From positions 7,698 to 71,697 of the forward strand of contig CAZOUY010000005.1 in assembly GCA_964583155.1 (NCBI GenBank): a stretch of DNA of 64,000 nucleotides, written 5' to 3'. Shown piece after piece: positions 1 to 9,171 of the stretch; positions within the stretch are counted from its first letter, which is position 1, and each line of letters opens with the position of its first letter. The position numbers were made by a program, and so were the translations under genes. Source of the stretch: an uncultured Coprobacillus sp. (lineage in GTDB: Bacteria > Bacillota_I > Bacilli_A > RFN20 > CAG-826). Under the pieces are notes generated by a model. That model did not search any database. It was not told where the DNA came from and saw only the letters and a list, made by a program, of their open reading frames with translations.

Positions 1-728
1 TTATTGATAAAATCAACAATTCACAATTCATCCGACCTTATGATGGCACCAAAGAAGAAAAAATAGCGAAAATCGAATCATATTTTTCTAGCGACTTAGA
101 GCCGAATTATCAGTTGGATCCTACCATCGAAGGAAAGAGCATCGATCTGATTGTTCCGATGCTCAATCAAGAGAGTATTATGAGCCAAAGTAATTTTGAA
201 GATCTGTTGGATCAAGGTGATACGATATCCAAGATCATCACCAACACGATGATCGAAGGGAAAAGAGCCTATCTTTCTAGCGAGATTGTCGCGGGATTTT
301 TAAATGCCTATGGCCCGCAAGAGCATAATGCGATTGCTTGGGTGACCACGAGCGAAGGAGCACTTGATGATTTTGCTTTATTGAATTCAACCTCTGCTCA
401 GCAGCTTGATGCTCTTTTTGTCGCCCGCTTGGCCTTTGATCAGTTAGCGCAAAAAGGCGCTGAAATCACCGAAGATTGTCAAGAGGCGATAACGTTCCAA
501 GAAAGAATGGCTTATTTGGATACATTTAGAGAAAATGAAGAAGCCTATAACGCCGTTTTAGCTAAATTGGCGAATGCGATGTTCTATGAAACCGTATGTG
601 AAACAACACAATGTTACTATGATGGCAATATAATAAGCCTCAATGAATATTTCGTTATTCGCGGGGCAAATACCTTTACGGATCAATCACAATGTGTGAT
701 CGAGGCCTTGATGATGATCAACGGCTAA
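1..728 (+). CDS. Hypothetical protein, 3' portion. The reading frame is open from the window edge, so the start lies upstream.
   Basis: The frame of ORF 114..728 has no stop back to nt 3. I recognise no motifs in it. Confidence 0.4.
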   Translation, partial: IDKINNSQFIRPYDGTKEEKIAKIESYFSSDLEPNYQLDPTIEGKSIDLIVPMLNQESIMSQSNFEDLLDQGDTISKIITNTMIEGKRAYLSSEIVAGFLNAYGPQEHNAIAWVTTSEGALDDFALLNSTSAQQLDALFVARLAFDQLAQKGAEITEDCQEAITFQERMAYLDTFRENEEAYNAVLAKLANAMFYETVCETTQCYYDGNIISLNEYFVIRGANTFTDQSQCVIEALMMING

Positions 729-796
729 AGCGAATATTCGTAAGTGTTTTCAGCGTTAACTTCAGTATTATATGGTATAATAGCGATGGTGATTAT

Positions 797-1405
797 ATGT
801 ACACTATTTTAGAGTCATATCAGGGAGTATTAGAAATAGAGCGTTCATCTTTCTTAGCGTACTTTATGCCCATTGAAGATGAAAATCAGGCGCGCTTTAA
901 TTTAGAAAAAATCAAAAAAGCCAACCCTAAAGCCCGTCATTGCTGCTATGCCTATCGCCTGAAGGATGTACAGAAATCATCGGATGATGGAGAGCCAAAA
1001 GGAACGGCCGGAAGACCTCTTTTAGAGCTACTTATTAAAAATGATTATGTTGGTGTCTTAATAGTGGTGGTACGCTACTTTGGGGGCATTAAATTAGGAG
1101 CCGGGCGTTTATTAAGGACGTATGTCGATGCGGCCTTACAAGCGATGAACAAGGCCCAAAAATATATTCCCTATAGCGCCTATCGATATCACATAAGCAT
1201 GCATCCCTCCTTGTATGAAGCGATGCTACGCGTCATTCATGAATTGGATGCGGAAATAGAAGATAGTGAGTTTTTTGAGGAAATTATGCTGATTGTTTCT
1301 TCAGAGAAGGACATTTTAGAAATGGTTCAGCAGCGGTTCCATGGTCAAATTAAAATCACACAATTATCATCAAAGCAAAAATATAGATTGGAGAAAGAAA
1401 AATGA
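797..1405 (+). CDS. yigZ: IMPACT/YigZ family protein (UPF0029)
   Basis: A GEPKGTAGRPLL motif and an AYRL pattern are typical of YigZ/IMPACT. The likely start is the ATG at 797 (MYTILESY), internal to the longer ORF called at 692. Confidence 0.65.
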   Translation: MYTILESYQGVLEIERSSFLAYFMPIEDENQARFNLEKIKKANPKARHCCYAYRLKDVQKSSDDGEPKGTAGRPLLELLIKNDYVGVLIVVVRYFGGIKLGAGRLLRTYVDAALQAMNKAQKYIPYSAYRYHISMHPSLYEAMLRVIHELDAEIEDSEFFEEIMLIVSSEKDILEMVQQRFHGQIKITQLSSKQKYRLEKEK

Positions 1406-2229
1406 GCGAATGTAATCATGATTGCAGCAGTTGTCAGCAAAACTGTGAAGAACGGAAAATCGAAAAAATTACCACGAATGCGCTGAGCAAAGTGCGAAGG
1501 GTAATTGGCGTTTTATCTGGAAAAGGCGGGGTTGGAAAGTCTTTTGTGGCGGCCCTTTTAGCCTCGGAATTACGAAAAAAAGGTTTTAATGTCGGAGTAT
1601 TGGATGCGGATATTACCGGGCCATCTATTCCCCAGGCATTTGGTATCGATGAGCCGGCGATGGGTGAAAACGGCATGATCTACCCAGCTTTGAGTAAGGG
1701 TGGCATCAATATTATTTCATCCAATATGTTTTTAGAGCATCGCGAAGATCCGATTATCTGGCGCGGAGTTATGCTAGGAGAAATGGTGAAGCAGTTTTAT
1801 CACGATGTTTATTGGAAAGACATCGATTTTATGGTCGTTGATATGCCACCGGGAACGGGCGATGTCGCCTTAACCACTTTCCAATATCTTCCCATGGATG
1901 CTTTGGTAATTGTGACTTCGCCTCAAGAATTAGTGTCGACAATCGTCCAAAAAGCGGTGCGGATGGCCGAAATGATGGAAATACCCATTCTTGGATTAGT
2001 GGAAAATATGTCGTATGTTGAATGTCCTCATTGCCATGAGCATTTGCATATTTATGGCCCATCGCATGTTGAAGAAATAGCGTCTCAATATCAACTACCG
2101 GTACTAGCTAAAATTCCCTTACGGGAAGATTTGGCGTTATTAACCGATGCGGGCGATGTTGAAAAAATCGAGGGCGATTTTTTAAAAGACTTAGTGGCCG
2201 CGGTTGAAAAAATTAAAGCAAAGGAGTGA
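1402..2229 (+). CDS. apbC: Mrp/ApbC family iron-sulfur cluster carrier ATPase
   Basis: Deviant Walker A GKGGVGKS, the CPHC motif, and Mrp/NBP35-like length and order. Confidence 0.8.
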   Translation: MSECNHDCSSCQQNCEERKIEKITTNALSKVRRVIGVLSGKGGVGKSFVAALLASELRKKGFNVGVLDADITGPSIPQAFGIDEPAMGENGMIYPALSKGGINIISSNMFLEHREDPIIWRGVMLGEMVKQFYHDVYWKDIDFMVVDMPPGTGDVALTTFQYLPMDALVIVTSPQELVSTIVQKAVRMAEMMEIPILGLVENMSYVECPHCHEHLHIYGPSHVEEIASQYQLPVLAKIPLREDLALLTDAGDVEKIEGDFLKDLVAAVEKIKAKE

Positions 2230-2233
2230 TAGT

Positions 2234-3595
2234 ATGATCAGCAAACAAGATTACATTAAAAGAAGATCGACCTTCTTTCATAAAATGAAAAACAATTCGG
2301 TAGCGATTTTATTTTCCGGATCATTAATAAAATCGAGCGCCGATCAAACATATCCATTTGAAGTTAATCGAAACTTTTATTATTTAACGGGAATCAATCA
2401 GGCTAATTCCATGCTAGTAATGTTGAAGACAGTCGGAAATGTGAATACCTTTTTGTTCATTGACGAGGTTGATCCGACGCGCGTGAAATGGACAGGAAAA
2501 ATGCTTTTTCCTCATGAGGCCAGCGAACTAAGCGGTGTCAAGGATATTCTTCTTACCAAGCATTTTGAAAGCAAAATAGGCTTGATTCTTGATGGCCAAA
2601 AGAATGCCTATGGCCGTGTGGAAACTGTCTATTTAGATTTAGAGTCAGGGCTTTTTATTTCACAAGATAAAACGACGAAGGATTGGGCTTTCGAAATAAC
2701 CAAAAACCATCCGGGATTGAATTGTTTGGATGCCTATAAGATGATTGTTGAGGAGCGGATGATTAAATCGGAGGCCGAAATAGCGGAGATTCGCGAAACG
2801 ATCAACACCACGCGAATTGGCTTAGAGGCGGTCATGAAGAATCTGAAGCCGGGAATCTATGAATATCAAATCTCTTCGCTTTTTGCTTATACCATTCAAG
2901 ATTACAATAACTCCGGATTGTCATTTCCAACCATCGCTGCTGGAGGCGAAAATGCCGTTATCCTGCATTATCCGACTCCCACGCAAATGCTGAAGCCCAA
3001 TACGCTTTTACTTTTGGATTTAGGGGCGGAAAAGAATCTTTATCGGGCTGATATTACGCGGACTTATCCCGTGAGTGGCGTCTATCAAGGAAAAATGAAA
3101 GAAATCTATGATATGGTTTTAAGATGCAATAAAGCGGTCGCGACCTACATTCGTCCCGGTATTACCTTAGCCGATGTTCAAGGATTTGCCTTTGAGTTCT
3201 TAAAATCCGAATTGATCAGTCACGGATATATCTCCGTCGATAAAGTTCAAAAGCAGGCTAATGATGAAATCGCGGCGCGCGAAATTATGACACCATTATC
3301 CGATATCGAAAAGGATGAAATCTATAAGAAAAAGCTTTATGATGCGGTATTTACGTATTATTATCATAATGTTTCACATCATCTAGGTCTCGATACCCAC
3401 GATGCGAGCTTCCGCGATATGAAATTAGAGCCGGGAATGGTTATTACCGATGAGCCGGGATTATATTTTGAAGAATATGGTATTGGCGTTCGCATTGAGG
3501 ATGATGTTTTAGTGACCGAAAATGGCTCTGAAGTTTTATCGAAGGACATAATTAAAGAAATTAAAGACATTGAGGCCTTTATGGCTCATAAATAA
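2234..3595 (+). CDS. Xaa-Pro aminopeptidase (M24B family)
   Basis: HHLGLDTHD and GIGVRIEDDVLVTENG metal-binding motifs of M24 peptidases. An AAGGAG RBS lies before the ATG at 2234. Confidence 0.75.
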   Translation: MISKQDYIKRRSTFFHKMKNNSVAILFSGSLIKSSADQTYPFEVNRNFYYLTGINQANSMLVMLKTVGNVNTFLFIDEVDPTRVKWTGKMLFPHEASELSGVKDILLTKHFESKIGLILDGQKNAYGRVETVYLDLESGLFISQDKTTKDWAFEITKNHPGLNCLDAYKMIVEERMIKSEAEIAEIRETINTTRIGLEAVMKNLKPGIYEYQISSLFAYTIQDYNNSGLSFPTIAAGGENAVILHYPTPTQMLKPNTLLLLDLGAEKNLYRADITRTYPVSGVYQGKMKEIYDMVLRCNKAVATYIRPGITLADVQGFAFEFLKSELISHGYISVDKVQKQANDEIAAREIMTPLSDIEKDEIYKKKLYDAVFTYYYHNVSHHLGLDTHDASFRDMKLEPGMVITDEPGLYFEEYGIGVRIEDDVLVTENGSEVLSKDIIKEIKDIEAFMAHK

Positions 3596-3615
3596 GAGGA
3601 GAAATCCTCTTTTAT
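3595..3615 (+). terminator. Weak stem-loop after the aminopeptidase gene
   Basis: AGAGGA-GAAA-TCCTCT hairpin followed by TTTA. Confidence 0.3.
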
Positions 3616-3643
3616 GTTTTCTAGGGGGGGGGAAGAATTAGCG

Positions 3644-4330
3644 ATGGATTACCAAGATTTATTGATGGATATCAAAGAGCATGGCTCATTGGATAAAAAG
3701 GCTTTTACCGAGCGTATCATCATTACGAAGAGTGAAGTGATAAGCGGTGCGCCGGTTTCCTATCTTGAGGGCTTAGCCAAAAAGCTCTTAGCGGAAGGAA
3801 AGCAGACGGATGATTTGGTCTTTGGTGAGTATTATGAAATTGATTTTTTAATCGGTTTATTGATCGTTTATCAAAAAACAAGTCCGGAAATTAAATATCT
3901 TCTTTTAGAAGAATATATGAGGAAAGTCGATAATTGGGCATTGGTTGATATGATTGCTACCCGATTTAAGGTTAAGGATTTTTTCTTAGGATTATCAAAG
4001 ATATTGACTTATATTAGCGATTGCAATACATATTTAAGGCGTTTTGGCTATATACATTTTTTAGTGAATTTTATAAAAAAAGAGGAGTATTTAACGACCT
4101 TTTTACCATATATTAAAAGCGATCGGGAATATATTGTGAAAATGGCCATAGCATGGCTAATCGCCACCGCCTTTGTCTATCATCCGCAGTTGATGAAGGA
4201 TTATCTGATGAACGCATCATTATCGTACGATATCAAAAAAATGGCGGTCCAAAAAATGAGCGATTCAAAAAGAATACCCTTTGATTTAAAAATCGAACTT
4301 AAAGAATACCTTAAATCGCTTCCCAAATAA
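3644..4330 (+). CDS. DNA alkylation repair enzyme-like protein (AlkD/AlkC-type HEAT-like repeats)
   Basis: About 230 aa of helical-repeat protein with a VDNWALVD motif reminiscent of the DNA_alkylation family. Confidence 0.4.
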   Translation: MDYQDLLMDIKEHGSLDKKAFTERIIITKSEVISGAPVSYLEGLAKKLLAEGKQTDDLVFGEYYEIDFLIGLLIVYQKTSPEIKYLLLEEYMRKVDNWALVDMIATRFKVKDFFLGLSKILTYISDCNTYLRRFGYIHFLVNFIKKEEYLTTFLPYIKSDREYIVKMAIAWLIATAFVYHPQLMKDYLMNASLSYDIKKMAVQKMSDSKRIPFDLKIELKEYLKSLPK

Positions 4331-4417
4331 TAGTGATTTTTAGCGATTTTTGGTGTTCATAGATTGCAGTTGTTGAAATAAATTTGTAAAATAAAGAAAA
4401 AAGGTAAGGTGATATTA

Positions 4418-5896
4418 ATGGAAAGAGGTTCAGGTGTCTTAATGCATATTTCCTCCCTTCCTAGCAAGCACGGAATTGGTACTTTTGGTAAGGAAGCCCG
4501 ACAATTTGTTAAATTACTGCATAACGCAGGGCAAAAATATTGGCAAGTGTTGCCGCTTAATCCAACAAGCTATGGTGATTCTCCCTATCAATCATTTTCG
4601 GCTTTTGCTTTAAATCCATATTTTGTTGATTTGGATATTTTAGTAAAAAAAGGCTATTTGTTAAAAAAAGAGGTGCGTGCGATTAAAGGCGGAAGCAATC
4701 CTCATTATGTTGATTATGGAAAAATATATGAAGAACGATTTGGTATTCTTCGGTTAGCGTTTAAAAGAGCTTATTTTGAAGAAAAAGCCCAATTAGAGCG
4801 GTTTTTAAAAAAGAACCGTTATTGGTTGGAGGGCTATGCCGATTTTATGCTTTTAAAAGAGATGTTCAATGGCGAAAGCTGGTTAAATTGGCCACGTCCC
4901 TATAAGTTTCATCATCGTCAAACGATCAAAGAAGCACGGGAAGCTCATCAAGAAGATTTTTGGTTTTGGGTTTTCGTTCAATATCACGCTTTTGATCAAT
5001 ATCGGAGGCTCCGTCGCTATGCCAATAGTAAGGGCATCAAGATCATCGGTGACATGCCAATTTATGTCGCTAGCGATAGTGCCGATGTCTGGGCCCATCC
5101 GAAATTATTCCGCTTAGATAGCCGGCGCAATCCCGCTTTAGTGGCGGGAGTACCACCTGATTATTTTAGTGCAACCGGTCAGTTGTGGGGTAATCCGATT
5201 TATGATTGGGAAAAAATGCGAAAAACTCATTATCGCTGGTGGAAATTGCGGGTTAAGCAGATGAGCCGTCTCTATGATTGCTTGCGAATCGATCATTTCC
5301 GGGGCTTTGAATCGTATTGGGCGGTTCGTTATGGTGAAGAAACCGCTATAAACGGACAATGGCTTAAAGGACCTGATAAAGAGATCATTGATGTTTTCAA
5401 GGCGGCCGCTCCGAAATTGCAAATCATCGCCGAGGATTTAGGTGTCATCACCGAACAAGTGCGGGCTTTATTGAATTATAGTGGCTATCCGGGCTTAAAG
5501 GTTTTCCAATTTGCTTTTGGTGGCAATCCGGATGATCCTTTCCTGCCTCATACCTATGAAGAAAATTGTGTAGCCTATATTGGCACCCATGACAATGATG
5601 TTTTATTGAATTTTATTAGAGATAACCCCCATGATGCTGAGGCGATGCGTCGGTATTTGAATTGTTATGGCGACGAGCATAATTTGATCGATGCGACCAT
5701 CGATCGCATGATGTCATCGCGTGCGAATGTTGTGATTTTTATGATGCAGGATTTATTGCATCTTGATAAATATTCGCGGATGAATATTCCGGGAACTTCG
5801 GTCGGCAACTGGCAATTTAGAGCCACCAAAGAGCAGCTTGATGCCAATTTTGCTGTTACGCTCTACAATCGTACCGGGCAAAAGGGCCGATTATAA
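4418..5896 (+). CDS. malQ: 4-alpha-glucanotransferase (amylomaltase, GH77)
   Basis: The N-terminal GVLMHISSLPSKHGIGTFG and WQVLPLNP...SPYQSFSAFALNPYF are diagnostic of MalQ. Confidence 0.85.
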   Translation: MERGSGVLMHISSLPSKHGIGTFGKEARQFVKLLHNAGQKYWQVLPLNPTSYGDSPYQSFSAFALNPYFVDLDILVKKGYLLKKEVRAIKGGSNPHYVDYGKIYEERFGILRLAFKRAYFEEKAQLERFLKKNRYWLEGYADFMLLKEMFNGESWLNWPRPYKFHHRQTIKEAREAHQEDFWFWVFVQYHAFDQYRRLRRYANSKGIKIIGDMPIYVASDSADVWAHPKLFRLDSRRNPALVAGVPPDYFSATGQLWGNPIYDWEKMRKTHYRWWKLRVKQMSRLYDCLRIDHFRGFESYWAVRYGEETAINGQWLKGPDKEIIDVFKAAAPKLQIIAEDLGVITEQVRALLNYSGYPGLKVFQFAFGGNPDDPFLPHTYEENCVAYIGTHDNDVLLNFIRDNPHDAEAMRRYLNCYGDEHNLIDATIDRMMSSRANVVIFMMQDLLHLDKYSRMNIPGTSVGNWQFRATKEQLDANFAVTLYNRTGQKGRL

Positions 5897-5907
5897 AAAG
5901 GAATTTT

Positions 5908-7383
5908 ATGAAGAAGTATATTCTTTCGATCGATCAAGGTACGACCTCAACACGCGCTATTTTCTTTGATAAAAACGGCAATTTAGTTGCGATGGCCCAG
6001 CGCGAAGTTCAATGTCAATTTCCTTTTTCCGGCTGGGTGGAGCAGGACGCTCTCGATATTTGGCTAAGCGTCATCGACGTTATCAACGAATTGCTGATTA
6101 AGACGAATGAAACGATGGACGCTATTATGGCTATTGGTATCACCAATCAAAGAGAAACGACCATCATCTGGGATCGAAAAACGGGAATGCCCGTTTATCC
6201 TGCCATCGTTTGGCAATCTCGTCAATCGCAGGAGATCTGTGAGCAGTATCTTTCTCACCAAGAGACAATCCATCAAAAAACCGGACTTTTAATCAATCCG
6301 TATTTTAGCGCTTCGAAGATTCGTTTTATTTTGGATCATATTGATCAAGGCCAGCGTAAGGCGAGAAATGGCGAGCTGATGTTTGGAACAATCGATAGCT
6401 GGCTGATCTATAAATTATCAGCCGGAAAAATCCACGCTACCGATGTTTCGAATGCCTCCCGAACGATGCTTTTTAATATTCAAACATTATCGTGGGATGA
6501 GGAGCTTTTAGACCTCTTTAACATTCCTCGAAGCATGCTACCCGAGGTGAGACCATCGAGCTCCATTTTTGGTTATGCTGATTTTTTCTCATCGGATGTT
6601 CCGATCGCCGGTGTTGCTGGTGATCAGCAAGCGGCCTTGTTTGGTCAAGCCTGCTATGAAGAAGGCGATTTAAAAAATACCTATGGGACCGGATGCTTTT
6701 TATTGATGAATACCGGCTCTAAGCCAATTTTTTCTAAAAATGGTCTCTTAACTACGATCGCTTGGTCAATTGATAACGAAGTGACATACGCCCTTGAAGG
6801 CTCTGTTTTTGTAGCCGGTGCCGCTGTTCAATGGCTTCGTGATCAGATGAAGATGATTAATGAGGCGAAGGATAGCGAGAAGGCGGCCCAAAAGGGAAAT
6901 CCCAAGGCCCCGATTTATGTGGTTCCCGCCTTTGTGGGCTTAGGAACTCCATATTGGGATGATAACGCTCGCGGTGCTGTTTTTAATTTGACAAGAGCAA
7001 CGACCAAATACGATTTTATTAGAGCAACTTTGGATGCGATTGCGTACCAATCGCGAGATGTGATCGAAGTTATGAAAGAAGAAACCCATCTTGATTTAAA
7101 GACGCTCAAGGTTGATGGTGGGGCAACCGCCAATAATTATTTGATGCAAATGCAATCGGATTTATTACAAACGCGTTTATTATTACCAAAATGCTTAGAA
7201 ACGACGGCGTTAGGAGCCGCCTATCTTGCCGGACTTGCTACCGGTTTTTGGCATGGTATTTCCGATATTAAGGATATTCATCAATATCAAAAGGAATATC
7301 TTCCAAACGATAATTATCGGCAAATGGAAGAGCAATATCGATATTGGAAATTGGCGGTCCAAGCCACCCGCGTATTTAAATAA
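5908..7383 (+). CDS. glpK: Glycerol kinase
   Basis: The start MKKYILSIDQGTTSTRAIFFDKNGN and the FGGY kinase motifs throughout. Confidence 0.9.
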   Translation: MKKYILSIDQGTTSTRAIFFDKNGNLVAMAQREVQCQFPFSGWVEQDALDIWLSVIDVINELLIKTNETMDAIMAIGITNQRETTIIWDRKTGMPVYPAIVWQSRQSQEICEQYLSHQETIHQKTGLLINPYFSASKIRFILDHIDQGQRKARNGELMFGTIDSWLIYKLSAGKIHATDVSNASRTMLFNIQTLSWDEELLDLFNIPRSMLPEVRPSSSIFGYADFFSSDVPIAGVAGDQQAALFGQACYEEGDLKNTYGTGCFLLMNTGSKPIFSKNGLLTTIAWSIDNEVTYALEGSVFVAGAAVQWLRDQMKMINEAKDSEKAAQKGNPKAPIYVVPAFVGLGTPYWDDNARGAVFNLTRATTKYDFIRATLDAIAYQSRDVIEVMKEETHLDLKTLKVDGGATANNYLMQMQSDLLQTRLLLPKCLETTALGAAYLAGLATGFWHGISDIKDIHQYQKEYLPNDNYRQMEEQYRYWKLAVQATRVFK

Positions 7384-7394
7384 TATTCATTGTT

Positions 7395-7430
7395 AACGAA
7401 TAAGAGGAGAAATACTCTTATTCGTTTTTA
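7395..7430 (+). terminator. Rho-independent terminator after glpK
   Basis: A 12-bp perfect stem AACGAATAAGAG/CTCTTATTCGTT with an 8-nt loop, then TTTTT. Confidence 0.6.
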
Positions 7431-7509
7431 TGTCTTGTTGCAGAAAGGGACAGTTCTCTTGACATAAGAAGCTAGGAGTGGTATTCTTAAAACGCTTTGG
7501 AGGATTATT

Positions 7510-8262
7510 ATGGCAAGAAAAGCACGAGCGAAGAGCTCGGTGGGTTACTATTACATTCGCTTAAAAGCGGCGGATGAAATAGAGTTTAACCATGAAGATG
7601 GAATGATCTTTTTACGATGTCTAAAGCATTATAGTGGTTTCGAATTGCTTTGCTATTTATTGACCAGTAAAAATTTTTCCTTTGTAATTCATGAAGGTGA
7701 TTTACATCTTGAACAAATGATGCGCAAGGTATTGGGAAAGTTTATTCGGGCTTACAAAAAAGAGCATAGCGCAATTCAAGAGATATTTAAGGATCGCTAT
7801 TATTCTGAACCGGCCGATAATATTGAACAAGTTTTCTCCTTTATTGGTAAGATACATAATTTGGGTGATAGCTTTCATAGCCTTCTATGCAGCATGCCCG
7901 ATTATTTGGAAAATCCATATGTCGATCGCACATTTTATCATCGCTATTGCCAAGGAATCGATGATTTTCAAGCTCGATGTCAGGCATATATTATGAAGAA
8001 TAAAAACCATCGCCGTTTAAGCGATGAAGAATTAAAAACGCTATTAGAAAAGACGTATCAAATTAGCATTATGGAAATTTATAAATTACCGAAATCGAAA
8101 TTGATTCGGATTCTCGATGAAGTGATGAGAGTAACAAAGGTTTCCGCTCGTCAAATTGCCCGAATCACGACTCTACCATTACGCTTTCTATGGGATTTAG
8201 GCAAAAGAATAACTTCTACTAATAATGCGAAGATAGAGAAGGAAGGTACTTATGAGCATTAA
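7510..8262 (+). CDS. COG1943 (IS200/REP-associated Y1 transposase)-like protein with a degenerate HuH motif and a C-terminal DnaA_C-like HTH
   Basis: The N-terminal 150 aa follow the COG1943 pattern (YYYIR...IFL.CLKHY...ELLCYLLTSKNFSFVIHEG...DRYYSE...IGKIHNL). The HuH positions read NFSF and carry no histidines. The C-terminus has ...VSARQIARITTLP.RFLW, resembling the DnaA C-terminal HTH. Confidence 0.4.
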   Translation: MARKARAKSSVGYYYIRLKAADEIEFNHEDGMIFLRCLKHYSGFELLCYLLTSKNFSFVIHEGDLHLEQMMRKVLGKFIRAYKKEHSAIQEIFKDRYYSEPADNIEQVFSFIGKIHNLGDSFHSLLCSMPDYLENPYVDRTFYHRYCQGIDDFQARCQAYIMKNKNHRRLSDEELKTLLEKTYQISIMEIYKLPKSKLIRILDEVMRVTKVSARQIARITTLPLRFLWDLGKRITSTNNAKIEKEGTYEH

Positions 8263-9169
8263 ACTAGCGAAATCGACGATTGTTGTTATGTCGATAATTA
8301 CGGTTAGCGGAGCAGTGAGCGGCACGGTGCTAGGCATAGTTTATCGCAATGCGCACGCTAAGGTGTATTTTAACGATCAGCAATATAAAGATGATGAAGA
8401 ACTTATATATGAACGTTTCTTAACGCAAAAGGAACAAGGTAATACCGACTATGAATCGAGCTTTACACCGGTTGAAGTATTACAGATCGGATTTATGAAT
8501 TTGAAATATGTTGATTATGTCGCGGAGGCCACCGGTGAGATCGATGTTGGAGCCTTTGGAACGCAAACGGTGACGTCTATTAAGGTTCATGAAGATAAGA
8601 GCTTTTATTTCGAAAGTCTTTCGATTGGGAAAGCGTCCGTCGCAGCGCGCTATTATAGTGATGGCGAAAATATTACGGTCTATGGTGAGAAGAAAACGTT
8701 AACCAAAACGGAAGATAATATTTGCCATGCCACCTATAAGAATAAAACCAAGTCCATGACTTATGATGAATACAAAGTTCAATATGGCGGTTATATCGAT
8801 CAACCAACAATTTATCTTTTTTCCTCTAAAACCGTTTTGGAGGGGACAACGCCTGTGCTGACCAAAAATGGAAATCAGTATCTAGTCGAGGCGACCTTTG
8901 GAGAAGCCGCTACGGAGTCATATAAGATTCAAATGCAAGCCACGAGTTCCCTTGTCGATAGCGTTTCGCCATTTGAAAAGGTGACCATTCATTGCGTTTT
9001 AGATCAAGATTTGAACATTCAATCATTTCGTGTCGATGAAAACTATACGACTATTAGCTTCCTAGTTCCCGTGAAGTGCACTGCATATTTGGAAACATCT
9101 TATTATTACGATGATATCTCTTATCCACTGGATCCGGAAGAATCATATATTTTACGAAAGGAGAAATAG
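8252..9169 (+). CDS. Membrane-anchored extracellular protein, function unknown
   Basis: N-terminal transmembrane/signal-anchor IVVMSIITVSGAVSGTVLGIV. No catalytic motifs recognised. Confidence 0.45.
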   Translation: MSIKLAKSTIVVMSIITVSGAVSGTVLGIVYRNAHAKVYFNDQQYKDDEELIYERFLTQKEQGNTDYESSFTPVEVLQIGFMNLKYVDYVAEATGEIDVGAFGTQTVTSIKVHEDKSFYFESLSIGKASVAARYYSDGENITVYGEKKTLTKTEDNICHATYKNKTKSMTYDEYKVQYGGYIDQPTIYLFSSKTVLEGTTPVLTKNGNQYLVEATFGEAATESYKIQMQATSSLVDSVSPFEKVTIHCVLDQDLNIQSFRVDENYTTISFLVPVKCTAYLETSYYYDDISYPLDPEESYILRKEK

Positions 9170-9171
9170 CC

